From Eledone cirrhosa (taxonomy: Eukaryota), in the NCBI GenBank assembly GCA_964016885.1, contig OZ024748.1:31186001-31250000 (forward strand): a stretch of 64,000 nt of DNA, given 5' to 3'. Of this stretch, positions 1 through 13,111 are shown one piece after another. Below the pieces are notes generated by a model. That model saw only the letters and a program-made list of their open reading frames with translations, searched no databases and was not told the origin of the DNA. The translations under genes were made by a program, and so were the position numbers. How positions within the stretch are numbered: position 1 is the stretch's first letter; each line of letters begins with the position of its first letter.

Positions 1-3000
1 TGTATGTTGTTGTCATTTTTCTGCAAGTACCCTCTGTACATCTTATGCTATAGACTACGTTTCTAGTTTTACAGTTTATCCGGGGGTTTACCTTACATAT
101 GATACATTTCCTATTAGTACAGTGGGTTTTCTTAAAAGGGTAGGTTTTGCTGATCAGGGATTTTATGGTGGTTCCTGGCTTTTCTACCACCTTAATCTTT
201 AAGTGGGTCTTTCTCAGGACCTTTCTACACTGGTTAGCTAATTTCCCTCCAGGGGTAGCGTCCACAAACATGACACTCTGGTATCTCTGGTTGTCGTACC
301 ATGAGGTGGCTTTCCCTATCTTATGTCTAGCCCTATCTAAGCTATTCCATGATTTGCTCCTGTATAATGGGCAAATTCCTTTCATGTCCAGTTCTATGAG
401 GGTCTTATACTTCTCCATGGCTCCTTCGTATACTCTGACTCTGTCTCTTTGGTTGTAGCCAGAGAACTGTATGCGGTTGATGAAGTGTTGGATGTGTCTT
501 TTCATTTCTGTTGGGTCGCACATGCGGGAAACATTCTTCATCACTCGTACCAAATCTGCGATCAGAATATTAAACTTAGCACTACTGGACATTGCTGAGT
601 TTTTGAGTATCAGGTATTTGGAGGCCATGGGTTTAGCATAATGTGAGTGGAGAATTTGGGCTCTCTCGTCTATAGTGTTAAACCAGAGTTCCGGTACAGG
701 TAGTCTATTGTTAGGGCATTTGGAAGGGAAGTCGATAGTTACAGTTATACTCTGGTGTATGGAATTAGCTATCTGCTGGATGCTTTCCATTGTGCTACGT
801 TCTAAATCAAACTTGTTAGTGCTCTCTAGTGGGGATGTTCTTATAACTATATTGATATCGTCTACGTAACGAGAGTACATGATGAGGTCTATGGAGCTCT
901 CATTAAGGAGATCTTTAAGTCTCCTTTCCCACCATACCATGAAAAGGTTGGCAACATCACCAGCTATGCTGACGCCAATGGCTGCTCCCTCATTTTGGGT
1001 GCAGATCTTCTCGTTGAACTTGAATATGTGGCCCTTTAGGGTAGTTTTGATACTAGCCCCTATTGCATCTGCGACTATTTTTCTTACCTGATCATTGTTT
1101 TGGGGGGTCCGTATAGCTTTGTTTCACCCAATCCACCTTCCCATGGGAGTCTTTTTTGCCATTGAGGTTATGGTGGAGAGTCTACCTCTTATGGGTCTAC
1201 TAGGGCAGAAACGTCTAAGGTCATGGCTGTCTAGGTAGTCAGTGTCGTAGGTAAGTCTAAGTAGGAGGCCCAGTTCGTCTGTGTCGACGTCGCAGAACTC
1301 CACCTCACTCTCAATGATCATCTCCACACATTTTTCCACAGCAAAATCAATGTTAATGGATGGGTACAGTGATACCAGATCCATGCTGCCTATTATGCAG
1401 TTGGATAGGTTCCTGTTTTTGTTGCACTCACTGATTCTGCTGAGGAGGTCCTCTGTACTGTCACAAATATCTGGGGACATCTTGATTATGGGGCGTATAA
1501 CCATTGAGAGGAAGTAGGAGATCCTATAGTTGCTAGCTATATTAGCTCCGCATACGGGTCTTGTTGGTGGTCCTGTTGTCGGGTCGTCGACTGTCTTGTG
1601 GTCTTTGCGGAGCCCATAAAAGGGTGGTATGCCATTGTTAGACGCCTGGAAGTTGCTGGGAGTGCGTCTGCTTGGCTTTAGGATGTCAGTCCACATCATC
1701 ATATGAGCGTTGAGGATTTTCTCTCTCCCATCATGTGTTTGCTGTGCAATTTCGCTCGTGTTGGTGATGTGGGTTTGCATAGCCTTGATGTAGTTCGGCA
1801 TGCTATCTATTGACATCCTACCAGACTTATCCGTGGGTAGACATACTACCTCACCATCCCTTGTGCGCTGCTTGAGGCTAACCAAGCCTTCTACAGGTTT
1901 CCTCCCAAGTTGTTGTCTCTTAGTATACCGGTCTACTATTTGTCTAATCTTATTTCTAGCTATGGTGAACTGTGCCTCTGTCTCGTCATCTATTTGTTGT
2001 GGTATGCAAGCTCTTTTATTAAAGGGTAACCTCGTAGGATAGATATTACCCATCTTATATGTTTTGTCAGCTGGGTTGAAAAATAGTTTCTCTAAGGGGT
2101 TGTCATTATATCTATCGTCATAGTTGTGTGTGTTGCTATTATTGTTATCATGGTGGTTGTTGTTGTTCCTATCATTAGCATTATTATTATTGTTATGATT
2201 GCTAGATGAATTGTTGTTTACTTCACCGTTATTGTTGTTGTTACTGTTATTTCTCCCATTGTGGTTGTTACTTTTATTATGTTTCTTGTTTTTGTTGTGT
2301 CTATCATTAATGTTGCCTAATGTATTATTTCCATTATTACCACTGTGGTTATTGTTGTGTTCGTATTGTTACCGTTATTACTACTGTGGTCGCTGCTGCT
2401 GTGTCTGTGGTTAATGTTTCTATTATTATTATTATTGTGGTTGTTGTTGTTGTTCTGTCTATCGTTAGTATTATTACCATTATTACTATTTCTCACTCTC
2501 CTGCTATTGTTATTGTTATGGCTGTTATTTCTATACTCAGAGTTATTGTTTATATTACTACTACCGTTATTATTGTTGTTGTTGTTTACTTTTGCATTCC
2601 AACGTATTTTTGTGAAACACTTTTCCAGCTCCGTTTTGCACTCAATAGGGTTAATCTTTTTGTAGATGGCAAATTTTGGTGGTAGCTGCAGGATTTGTTG
2701 TTCTTGTTCACTGATTAAAGTGTTCCCATAAATATTTACTGTGTGGTCATTGGTAAATTCTTCCGGTAGTTTTACATCAGTCATACGGATATTGTTGATG
2801 TTATCTGGGTACTTTTGAGAATATTCTATTTTCCTTTCTTGTAGTTTTTTCTTATTCATCCATTCTAATTTCTTATTGAAATGCCTATTGCATTCGTTTC
2901 GGGCGTATTTCGTTTCACGTCGGATGACGCTCATGAAGTGATCCCTTTCGTTTGGTGTGGTGAGATTTTGGACTTCCTTACCGTTAATGCGTTTCTGTCT

Positions 3001-3325
3001 GTAAAGTTCGTTGACTTTTGTGTATGTTGTTCTTTTCATATTAACTGTTATTGTGTGTTTTAGTCGTTCAGCTTGTGTTTTGTTCAATAATAAATTATTT
3101 ACTTGTTTTGATATGTTTGTTGTGTATATTTTGGAGGAAACACAGTGTTTTAAGAAGCGGATTTGTTCTGTTGTTATTGTAGTTTTTATATAACAAGAAA
3201 CAGTGTCTTTCAATAACCTTTCAGCTTGGCACAAGCTAATGCCATAACGGCGATGAATTAGTTTTGCGAGGTTTTTTATATGAAATCGTGTCGAAACAAA
3301 TATTGTTATACTTGGGGAGGGTCAT
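1..3325 (-). mobile_element. Penelope-like element (family A), frameshifted RT ORF running off the left edge toward GIY-YIG
   Basis: Minus-strand ORF pieces 2317-3234, 1124-2053 and <1120 contain TDKSG, PPFYGLRKDHK..RPV, GSMDLVSLYPSI, EGAAIGVSIAGDVANLFM, RYVDD (857-868) and CxxxxCxxC..CKTRNVVYSIRC. Probable start MTLPKYNN at 3325. Confidence 0.9.
2095..2590 (-). repeat. (AAY)n low-complexity Asn-rich tract inside the PLE family A ORF
   Basis: TTG/TTA-rich plus strand that translates to poly-Asn in ORF 2317-3234. Confidence 0.8.
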
Positions 3326-3469
3326 ATTTGTGTAATATTGCCAGAATTAATAACAGAACACACTCACTGTTTGGTTGGTTTTCGCTTTTCGCTTCTGTGT
3401 CTTTTATATCGGTAATTTAATTTATTCGGTCCTCAATGTTGCCATTGACTGACCGACGGTCAAAAATAA

Positions 3470-3975
3470 TACAGATACAATATAGACACAAACACATATA
3501 TATAGTTTATCAAAGTTCTTTCGTTGCACATCTGCAACATCGTCAGTGGTGCTGTTGTTTCCTCCCGTTACATTGTATGTCTACGCCATTTTTATTTAGT
3601 CTGTCTATATATTTATTTATTTATTTGTTTGTTTATTTTATTTTGTCTTATATATATATTGGCGTAGGACAGAAGAAAGGAAAGGCACAGAAACAAAGAA
3701 AGGAATCCCCAGTCACTGAAGAGGTCACAGAGTGTGTGACGAAAGGACTATGACTATATATAAACAACTATCTGGTTGTGGAACCAACCAACCAACCAGA
3801 AATTTATAAGTTTGTAGATTTGTAAATTTATAAATTTATAAATATATAATAAATTGAAGTGAAAGCAACTGGTGCGTGTGTTTCTTATTGGTAACATGAC
3901 CCTCCCAAATTATAACAATATCGGTTTCAACACACGATTTCAGATAAAGAATCTTGCTAAACAAATAAATTCAGA
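3470..3975 (+). mobile_element. Inverted pLTR of family A: 3' UTR, hammerhead and start of the next ORF ([18 protein letters not shown])
   Basis: Similar to 21450-21870, which follows a GIY-YIG end. The ORF start matches the minus-strand start at 3325. Confidence 0.8.
3711..3755 (+). ncRNA. Type I minimal hammerhead ribozyme (family A)
   Basis: AGUCA CUGAAGA g GUCACA gagug UGUGAC GAAA ggac UA UGACU. Confidence 0.8.
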
Positions 3976-3981
3976 AAAGAA

Positions 3982-4126
<145 letters not shown>

Positions 4127-4129
4127 TTA

Positions 4130-4842
4130 TATATTAAACTCTTGATTTGGCCAGAGATGAATATTTCCAGATACCTTTTAAGTGTAGCTTTCCGTATTTA
4201 TTATTACTATGAAATATTGATTGTTATTCTGGTATCATATCTCTGTTTTTAAATACCTATATGCGTGTATAAATAATACATGCATATATTTATTTTTTAA
4301 AAATCTAATTGAGCTCTTCACACGCAAGGTTTAAATTATTGAAAAAATTAATTGACCCGCGTGCATATTATTTTACTTTCTTATGTTTCGCGATGACCTC
4401 CCCTTTCCGCTTGATGACAGTGTGAAATTTCTCATTCTGAGACTGCTGGAATTTCAAATTTGGCGGTCATTCTGATACGGAGAGGGACCATCGCTAACAT
4501 TGGATTGGATATCGGTAAGAAAGTTTTTTATATCGATGTTTGACGGGCATCCACTGATGATTTATTAGTGCCCACCTGCATATATTCCTATGTGTAGGCT
4601 TTTACATAACCTGGACACATTTTTCCCCAACTTGTAGAAAACTTATAATGAAACAATTGTTTGGAAAGGGAGATGTATTTTAATTATGTCTCATATAAAA
4701 TGATACAACTGGCTATCCGCAAAATACATATAGTTAGCACCCCAAACGTAAAATTGGGATTATACTAAGGTATATCCTAATGTTTTTTGAGTGAGATGGA
4801 AGCCAGTCAGAGTATAGCTTAAAGCTTTCTCTGTTAATGTAT

Positions 4843-4847
<5 letters not shown>
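4130..4847 (+). mobile_element. ORF-less HHR-bearing repeat (family B), flanked by (TA)n
   Basis: Similar to the reverse complement of 49207-50040, 38680-39000 and 21941-22755. Confidence 0.7.
4545..4666 (+). ncRNA. Type I hammerhead with large branched stem II insertion (family B)
   Basis: UCCA CUGAUGA UUUAUUAG [~75 nt] CUUAUAAU GAAA CAAUUG UU UGGA. Confidence 0.75.
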
Positions 4848-4885
<38 letters not shown>

Positions 4886-4893
4886 AAATATAT

Positions 4894-5113
<220 letters not shown>

Positions 5114-6554
5114 TTATTTATATATATATATATTTATACGATATTAAATAAATGGAAACTATGATGCGACCATTATTTTTGGAAGCTGTCTGGATAGTGA
5201 GATGTTTATAATTATTTTATTAGTTATAGTGTTAAGCACAGTTAGAAAAAAGACGGAGAGAAAGACAAAACGGAGAGAGAGAAGGAGAGAGAAAAAGAAG
5301 TAGAGAGAGAAAAGGAATGTATGCAGAAAAAGATATATATAAATAGATAGGAGGAAATGAAAAAGAAAGAAAAAAGAAAGAAATAAGAAAGACAAAAGAA
5401 AGCAACAGAGAGATAATAATTCATCATACAGATAGAGAAACTCAAGAGAGAGGAAGTACTATATAGAGAGAGGAGGATATAGTGACAACTTTACGTCATG
5501 TCATATTAAGTTGAATTAACAATTCATATGAAATGAATAATAAAAATGTAAATATCAATATTCATGAATGAGACATAGATATATAATATGAGAAAATAAC
5601 ATTGTTCAATAATGACCATATGTTTAGTTTAAAACCTTGAGGTCAATATACCAAAATCTGAGTTAAAACCTTCAAAAAATACCCTATTTATAAAAATACG
5701 GATACACATATGTATATATTTATACACGCATATGTACGTCTTGAAAAAAGAGAAAATTATGTCTACTCTAGTCAATAATATAGACATACAAATGATTTCA
5801 CTTGATCACTTCTATACATTTCTTGTGTTATAAAAATGTCACAGTATATATACATAAAAAAATGATTAATATTCATGTCCTCATATATATGATTACCGTT
5901 CATGTATTTAATATTATGCATATCTGCACCACACATCAACATATACACACACAACCATACATACACATACATATGTATAAATAAATATCTGCGTGAGTTT
6001 TCCAGCATCGTTATGCATATATACAGACATATAAGCGAACACATAAATAAACTCTATAAACCTTTTATATGCATGTTAATACACACAAATGGCCTTTGTA
6101 TAGAGATAATCAAATATCAATATATTAACACAGAGATATCAAAGCATTAAATATCTTTAACACACTATAGAGTATCTCAAGTTAAAATAATATGTTTTAT
6201 ATATTTATTATAGAAATCTATCCAACCTATATCTCAAACAAGATATTGCAAGGGTAGACATATGAAAGTTATTAGAAGCTATCAGAGTCAAAAAACAAAT
6301 AAAAAAATAAAAATAATTTAAAAGACCCAGTGATTCTACGGATGCCCTTATATTTAGTATAGAAATTTATCTTACGTAAATTTTATTTAATACATTGGGA
6401 GCATATACATTTTAGAGTAGTTTATTATATCCTTGTTTATATTTAGGAAGAAAATTTAAAAAGAAAAAGGTGAAGGAATCTAATGATTTATCGTCAGGTT
6501 TCATATATTAACTAAATTTCTTAATTAATTATACTACATTTTAAATTTATATTT

Positions 6555-8807
6555 ATATTTAAACGTTGAGTTCAATCTATGTCTGCAGCAACTGAATAAA
6601 TTGCTCCTTAAATTAAGGGAATTTTTGGACTTTAATATAAAGAATATTTCCTCCATACAAAGATCACAACTCTCTGATGAGGAATTAAAAGGAATACCTT
6701 ATGAGACAATATTCCAAATCATCGAATATTTAACATTATCTCGTTTAAGGTGCCAGAGTAGGCTAGATAGCGAAGTTGAGGATTTTTTGTTTGGATCTGT
6801 GAAAGAATTCTTATGATTATTGAAGCGAAGTTAAAATTCTGTCGAGGTGGAACCAACATAGTTGAAAGAATATAAATTAGTTTTAACATTACATTTTTAA
6901 CACTACATTTTTAACACTACATTTTTAGCTAAGCAGTTGTTATTTAACGGACAGTTAAATTTATTTCTACAGTTACAGTTATTTAATTGAATATTGTTTG
7001 GGTTATTATTGGTATTTTGGTTAGGTTTTAAATTCCTATTATTAATTCTGTTAATATTTTGTGCTAAATTTTTGGTGGACGAGTAAGTTAATTTTATAGT
7101 GTGTCTATTAAAAATTGAGTGATATTTATGTGTTCTAGGGAAACGTTTGTCAAGAGCATTAAAGAATAGTTTAGCAATATGGGTTTTAATATTTAGTGAG
7201 AAAGGGGGGGGGGGGCAAACCATAATATATTTCTAGTTTATTTCTTTTTCGGCTTTTGGAATTATTGTAATGTTTTCTATTATAGTTGTTAAAGTTGTTA
7301 CCGTAATTAAAATTGTTATTATTTTGGTTAGTTTGCTTATTATTATCGATGTATTTAATTTTATCTCTATATCCTGCTCTAGCTAACGCTTCATTGTAAT
7401 ACTGCGCTTTTTCATCAAAAATATTTTTATTAGATGAAATTCTGTCGAGGTGGAACCAACATAGTTGAAAGAATATAAATTAGTTTTAACATTACAATTG
7501 TACACTACATTTTTAACAGATCTGGGGGTGATTAGAGTTAAAATTGACATAATTCAAGTTCTCATTTAGTTTGTGAAATTGATAGTGAAGATATGTGTTG
7601 AGATTTAGTGTTACATCCAGAAAATTGACTATTCTATGGTTATTCTCTATTTCTATTTTTAGATTAAAGTAATTAAAAAATTGTATAATTTGTTTTCTTT
7701 TTCTATTTAGTTCACAGCTATTATTTTCAATAAGTAAAAGCATGTCATCACGATATAAACCTCCGGTTACACCTGGTATTTTTCTATGTAGCGAATTAAT
7801 TATAAATAGGCCCACAAGGTCCGTTACCTGAGCTGAGTCAGATGATCCCATAGTTATGTCGAAATTATTATCTCTATCTGCCCTAGTCCATAGTTGGTTA
7901 TTAAATTCTATCAATGTTTTCCTTGCCGATAATATAATGTGCATTTCATTGCTAGTTAGGTCGGTATGTTTAAATGCGTAATTTAGTGCCTTATTCAGTA
8001 GATTAGGAGTGATAGATGAATAGTAGTTAGCAATATCAAGCTGAATAAACTTATTATTATAGTTATATTTAATTTCTTTAAACCACTCAATAACCTCACC
8101 AGTCCCCTTCCATAACTTTAAGTAAGGTAAATAATGTAAGTTTTTAATGTGTTGTATTACCCTGTCTAGAATGTTTTTGCTAAGTTTTCCCAGGTCAGAT
8201 TTTGATGGTGCAATCAATCTCACTGGCAAATCATTTTCAAAGTTTCTTTTGTGATCTTTCATATTGATCTTGGGTTTCCTAGGCATGAAGGGTTGTGTTT
8301 TATTCTCAATGTCTAATTCATGCATTATACAAGATGCCTCTGTATTCATTTTTTCCAGTTCGTCCTTACTTGCTACCTTGTACTTTTTCCTTAGTTCTTT
8401 CAATATAAGGCCGTTATACATGTCCTTTTGTACTCCATAAAGGTTATTAGTTTTGTCAGATTTCACTAAGATCTTCTCTGTTTTCTCCAAGCTTTCAATA
8501 TTATCCTTAATGCATCTTAAATAGTCCTGGCCTTTGAAGTTTCTCTTGAATTTGATGCCTTGGATGATAGAAATTATATCGTTTTCAAAATCCATTAGTA
8601 GTTTGTTGGGGGTGGATTTTTTTTAGATTTGAAAATTTTATCCAAATCTGAAACATTTTCATTTAGATTAGATTTATCAAAGTGGAAAGCACGCCACCTG
8701 ATTCTTCTTATAAACGAGTCTGATTTTTCTATTAATTGTTTAATAAAATCTTTGTTCCTAGGTAGATGTATGTCTTTTAGAGAAGAAGAGATCTTAAAGA
8801 ATTCCAT
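6555..8807 (-). pseudogene. RT + GIY-YIG ORF of Naiad-like family 1, frameshifted
   Basis: [84 protein letters not shown]. Confidence 0.9.
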
Positions 8808-8979
8808 TTTTTCAGTTATAATGTAAAGCGCTCAACAATACTGGAGCAGAATATATGCAAAAGTTCTATCTAAAATTGTTGGGATACAAGTAAATATTTT
8901 ATAACTGATATAAAGCACTCGACAAGTTTTTGGAGTAGATATACGATATTAAATAAATGGAAACTATATTTATAAAACC

Positions 8980-9055
8980 ATATTTATTTCATTATACATA
9001 TTTCAAGGATACCAAATTAAAATATGGTATGCCTTCATCAGACAAAATACAATAT
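8980..9055 (-). ncRNA. Type I hammerhead (family C) in Naiad-1 pLTR
   Basis: UAUUUUGU CUGAUGA AGGcAUACCA..UGGUAUcCUU GAAA UAUGUA UA AUGAAAUA. Confidence 0.75.
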
Positions 9056-10011
9056 ATAAACAGTTTTATAAATAATTTTGACGTACCCTATTAGATGCGA
9101 CCATTATTTTTGGAAGCTGTCTGGATAGTGAGATGTTTATAATTATTTTATTAGTTATAGTGTTAAGCACAGTTAGAAAAAAGACGGAGAGAAAGACAAA
9201 ACGGAGAGAGAGAAGGAGAGAGAAAAAGAAGTAGAGAGAGAAAAGGAATGTATGCAGAAAAAGATATATATAAATAGATAGGAGGAAATGAAAAAGAAAG
9301 AAAAAAGAAAGAAATAAGAAAGACAAAAGAAAGCAACAGAGAGATAATAATTCATAATAATTGACTAGAGTAGACATAATTTTCTCTTTTTTCAAGACGT
9401 ACATATGCGTGTATAAATATATACATATGTGTATCCGTATTTTTATAAATAGGGTATTTTTTGAAGGTTTTAACTCAGATTTTGGTATATTGACCTCAAG
9501 GTTTTAAACTAAACATATGGTCATTATTGAACAATGTTATTTTCTCATATTATATATCTATGTCTCATTCATGAATATTGATATTTACATTTATATTATT
9601 CATTTCATATGAATTGTTAATTCAACTTAATATGACATGACGTAAAGTTGTCACTATATCCTCCTCTCTCTATATAGTACTTCCTCTCTCTTGAGTTTCT
9701 CTATCTGTATGATGAATTATTATCTCTCTGTTGCTTTCTTTTGTCTTTCTTATTTCTTTCTTTTTTCTTTCTTTTTCATTTCCTCCTATCTATTTATATA
9801 TATCTTTTTCTGCATACATTCCTTTTCTCTCTCTACTTCTTTTTCTATCTCCTTTTCTCTCTCCATTTTGTCTTTCTCTCCGTCTTTTTTCTAACTGTGC
9901 TTAACACTATAACTAATAAAATAATTATAAACATCTCACTATCCAGACAGCTTCCAAAAATAATGGTCGCATCTAATAGGGTACGTCAAAATTATTTATA
10001 AAACTGTTTAT

Positions 10012-10087
10012 ATATTGTATTTTGTCTGATGAAGGCACACCATATTTTAATTTGGTATCCCTGAAATATGTATAATGAAATAAATAT
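10012..10087 (+). ncRNA. Type I hammerhead (family C), inverted pLTR copy
   Basis: Same fold as 8980-9055. Confidence 0.75.
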
Positions 10088-10235
10088 GGTTTTATAAATA
10101 TAGTTTCCATTTATTTAATATCGTATATCTACTCCAAAAACTTGTCGAGTGCTTTATATCAGTTATAAAATATTTACTTGTATCCCAACAATTTTAAATA
10201 GAACTTTTGCATATATATTTATATATATTTATATA

Positions 10236-10427
<192 letters not shown>

Positions 10428-10586
10428 TATATATATATAAATATATATATATGTATATATATATAATATTTGTATATATATATATATTTATATATATATA
10501 TATATATTTATATACATATATATATATATTTATATGCGCATAATAAAATACATGGAAATTTTTAACCATCTTTTGATTTTATATAT

Positions 10587-10620
<34 letters not shown>

Positions 10621-10649
10621 GTTATGTAATAAACAACATAAGGCAATTA

Positions 10650-10710
10650 TTTCATTTACCAGTGGTTTCTTGAAAACAAAGAAATTTTATTTTCAATCGT
10701 CAGAATGAAA
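10650..10710 (-). ncRNA. Type I hammerhead (family D)
   Basis: UUUCAUU CUGACGA UUGAAAAUAAA..UUUGUUUUCAA GAAA CCACUGG UA AAUGAAA. Confidence 0.8.
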
Positions 10711-10745
10711 AAATCCTGGTGTATAAAATAAATACACCAGGATTT

Positions 10746-10806
10746 TTTCATTCTGATGATTGAAAGCAAAATTTGTTTGTTTTCAAGAAACCACTGGTAA
10801 ATGAAA
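10746..10806 (+). ncRNA. Type I hammerhead (family D)
   Basis: UUUCAUU CUGAUGA UUGAAAGCAAA auuug UUUGUUUUCAA GAAA CCACUGG UA AAUGAAA. Confidence 0.85.
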
Positions 10807-10911
10807 TAATTGCCTTATGTTGTTTATAAACATAACTATTAAGCTCTGTAACCTACATAGAGCACTCTTTTTCCTGAACCTTTCCGACGGAATTACTTCA
10901 TTCATTTTTAA

Positions 10912-10946
<35 letters not shown>

Positions 10947-11234
10947 TATATATATAAATACATATATATATATATATATAAATATATATATAAATATATA
11001 TATAAATATATATATATTTATATATAAATATATATATATATATATAAATCAATATTTGATGAACATTTACATGTTTTAGTTGCAATTGACTAATAAGATC
11101 GCTAGAGTGAAAAATCTTAATTCAACAACATAAAGTCTGCCTGTACGATCTAAAAAAAAATAATAAATGAATACTCACAGACTCATATGGGCAGAAAGCC
11201 TTGTAAATGACCCCATTGAGTCTAAACTCTAAGC

Positions 11235-11288
<54 letters not shown>

Positions 11289-11302
11289 AATAAATATATA
11301 TT

Positions 11303-11370
<68 letters not shown>

Positions 11371-11687
11371 TATATATATATATATAGAAAAGATGAATAT
11401 AAAATGAGAGTGCTTTTTTTAAAAAAGGAATTTATTAGGTATTGACATATGTTTCTGTAACAGACGGAATACCTATGTATCGCTGCTTGCGTAATCATAT
11501 AATGTTAGCAAGTATTCGATAGCAAATGTATACTCAGTTGTCACTTCTTCAGAGATTTTGGATAAATTGGATATATATATATATATTTAAATATATATAT
11601 ATATATTTATATATATCTATATCTATATATATATATATGCATATATATATATATATTTATTTATATATATATAGCTATATATATATA

Positions 11688-11739
<52 letters not shown>

Positions 11740-11829
11740 TATATATATATATATAAATAAATATATATATATAAATAAATATATATATATAAATATTATA
11801 TATATAGATATATATATATAAATAAATAC

Positions 11830-11860
<31 letters not shown>

Positions 11861-11953
11861 GCTATATATATATAAATAAATATATATATATATATGCATA
11901 TATATATATAGAGATATAGATAGATATAAATATATATATATATATATTTAAAT

Positions 11954-12093
<140 letters not shown>

Positions 12094-12148
12094 TATATAT
12101 ATAATTATATATATATAAATATAAATATATATTTATATATATATAAAT

Positions 12149-12181
<33 letters not shown>

Positions 12182-12519
12182 AATATATATATATATAAAT
12201 ATATAGTAATAATAATAAATTTGAAGACTAAAATCCAAAGAGAGCTCTTATAAATATATATATATATATATATATATGGTCGAGTAATCTTTGAATGACT
12301 GCTGGAAAGCTGCCATTACTCATACTTCTCGCCTCCTTAACCACCTTTTCTACGGCTTCGATATAAATACCCCCTCCTCCTCTGTGGTATTTTTTCGGAG
12401 TTATAAGGGGCTTAGCTCTGTTTCTTGACCGTTGTATCACGTGTCTGACTCCCACTCCGCCTTTTGGGATTCTATCTCACATCATATAAACGTGTTCTTG
12501 AGGCTAGTAAAACGAGGTA

Positions 12520-12609
12520 TCCTCTTGATAAGTCGGCAGACCTCGCAAAAGCTCTATATCTCTATGATGTATTGTTTTTGATTATGCCACGATACTACGT
12601 AGTCGAGGA
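12520..12609 (+). ncRNA. Hammerhead family E, probably inactivated (GAUA instead of GAAA)
   Basis: Same fold as 13112-13201 with an A14U change. Confidence 0.6.
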
Positions 12610-13111
12610 ATCTAGAAGCAGTTTAGGTATGATACATCTTATTACTAATTATATCTAAATGTTTCTTCTCTCTTCATAATGTACTTTTAGCTCTGATACT
12701 GGTTCAGTCTAATCCATTCGGATTGGTTTGTCCCAGTTATTCATAGAGCAACATCGGTTAAGGTTGGCACCATTAACTCAAGGATGGATGTGGATATATT
12801 CTTGTATATGTGTGTGTCCGCATGTATCTGTGTGTTTCTCAATATATTGTTTATAACTCCCTCTGGTCGAGTAATCTTTGAAGTGTAGTGACTGCTGGAA
12901 AGCTGCCATTACTCATACTTCTCGCCTCCTTAACCACCTCTTCTACGGCTTCGATATAAATACCCCTCCGCCTACGTGGTATTTTTTTCGGAGTTATAAG
13001 GGGCTTAGCTCTGTTTCTTGACCGTTGTATCACGTGACTGACTCCCCTCCGCCTTTTGGGATTCTATCTCACATCATATAGACGTGTTCTTGAGGCTAGT
13101 AAAACGAGGTA

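Larger units (their letters stand above)
5137..10215 (-). mobile_element. Naiad-like PLE (family 1): 3' pLTR, decayed ORF, 5' partial pLTR and an inverted pLTR
   Basis: 5137-5425 matches 8943-9357 directly. 9357-10215 is the reverse complement of the pLTR. The ORF lies between them. Confidence 0.9.
10620..10838. repeat. ~105 bp-arm palindrome carrying two divergent hammerheads
   Basis: Arms meet at CCTGGTGTAT-aaaataa-ATACACCAGG. Confidence 0.9.

Noticed and set aside
6671-6700. CTGATGA as a hammerhead core
   Set aside because: It lies antisense within the GIY-YIG coding region, with no stem II-GAAA-stem III arrangement.
7437-7515. Functional insertion in the Naiad-1 ORF
   Set aside because: It is a short duplicate of 6835-6912 that breaks the frame, so a local rearrangement or template switch.
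11495-11560. Minus-strand CTGAAGA..GAAT motif
   Set aside because: GAAA is mutated and stems I and III are unsupported; at best a decayed HHR.
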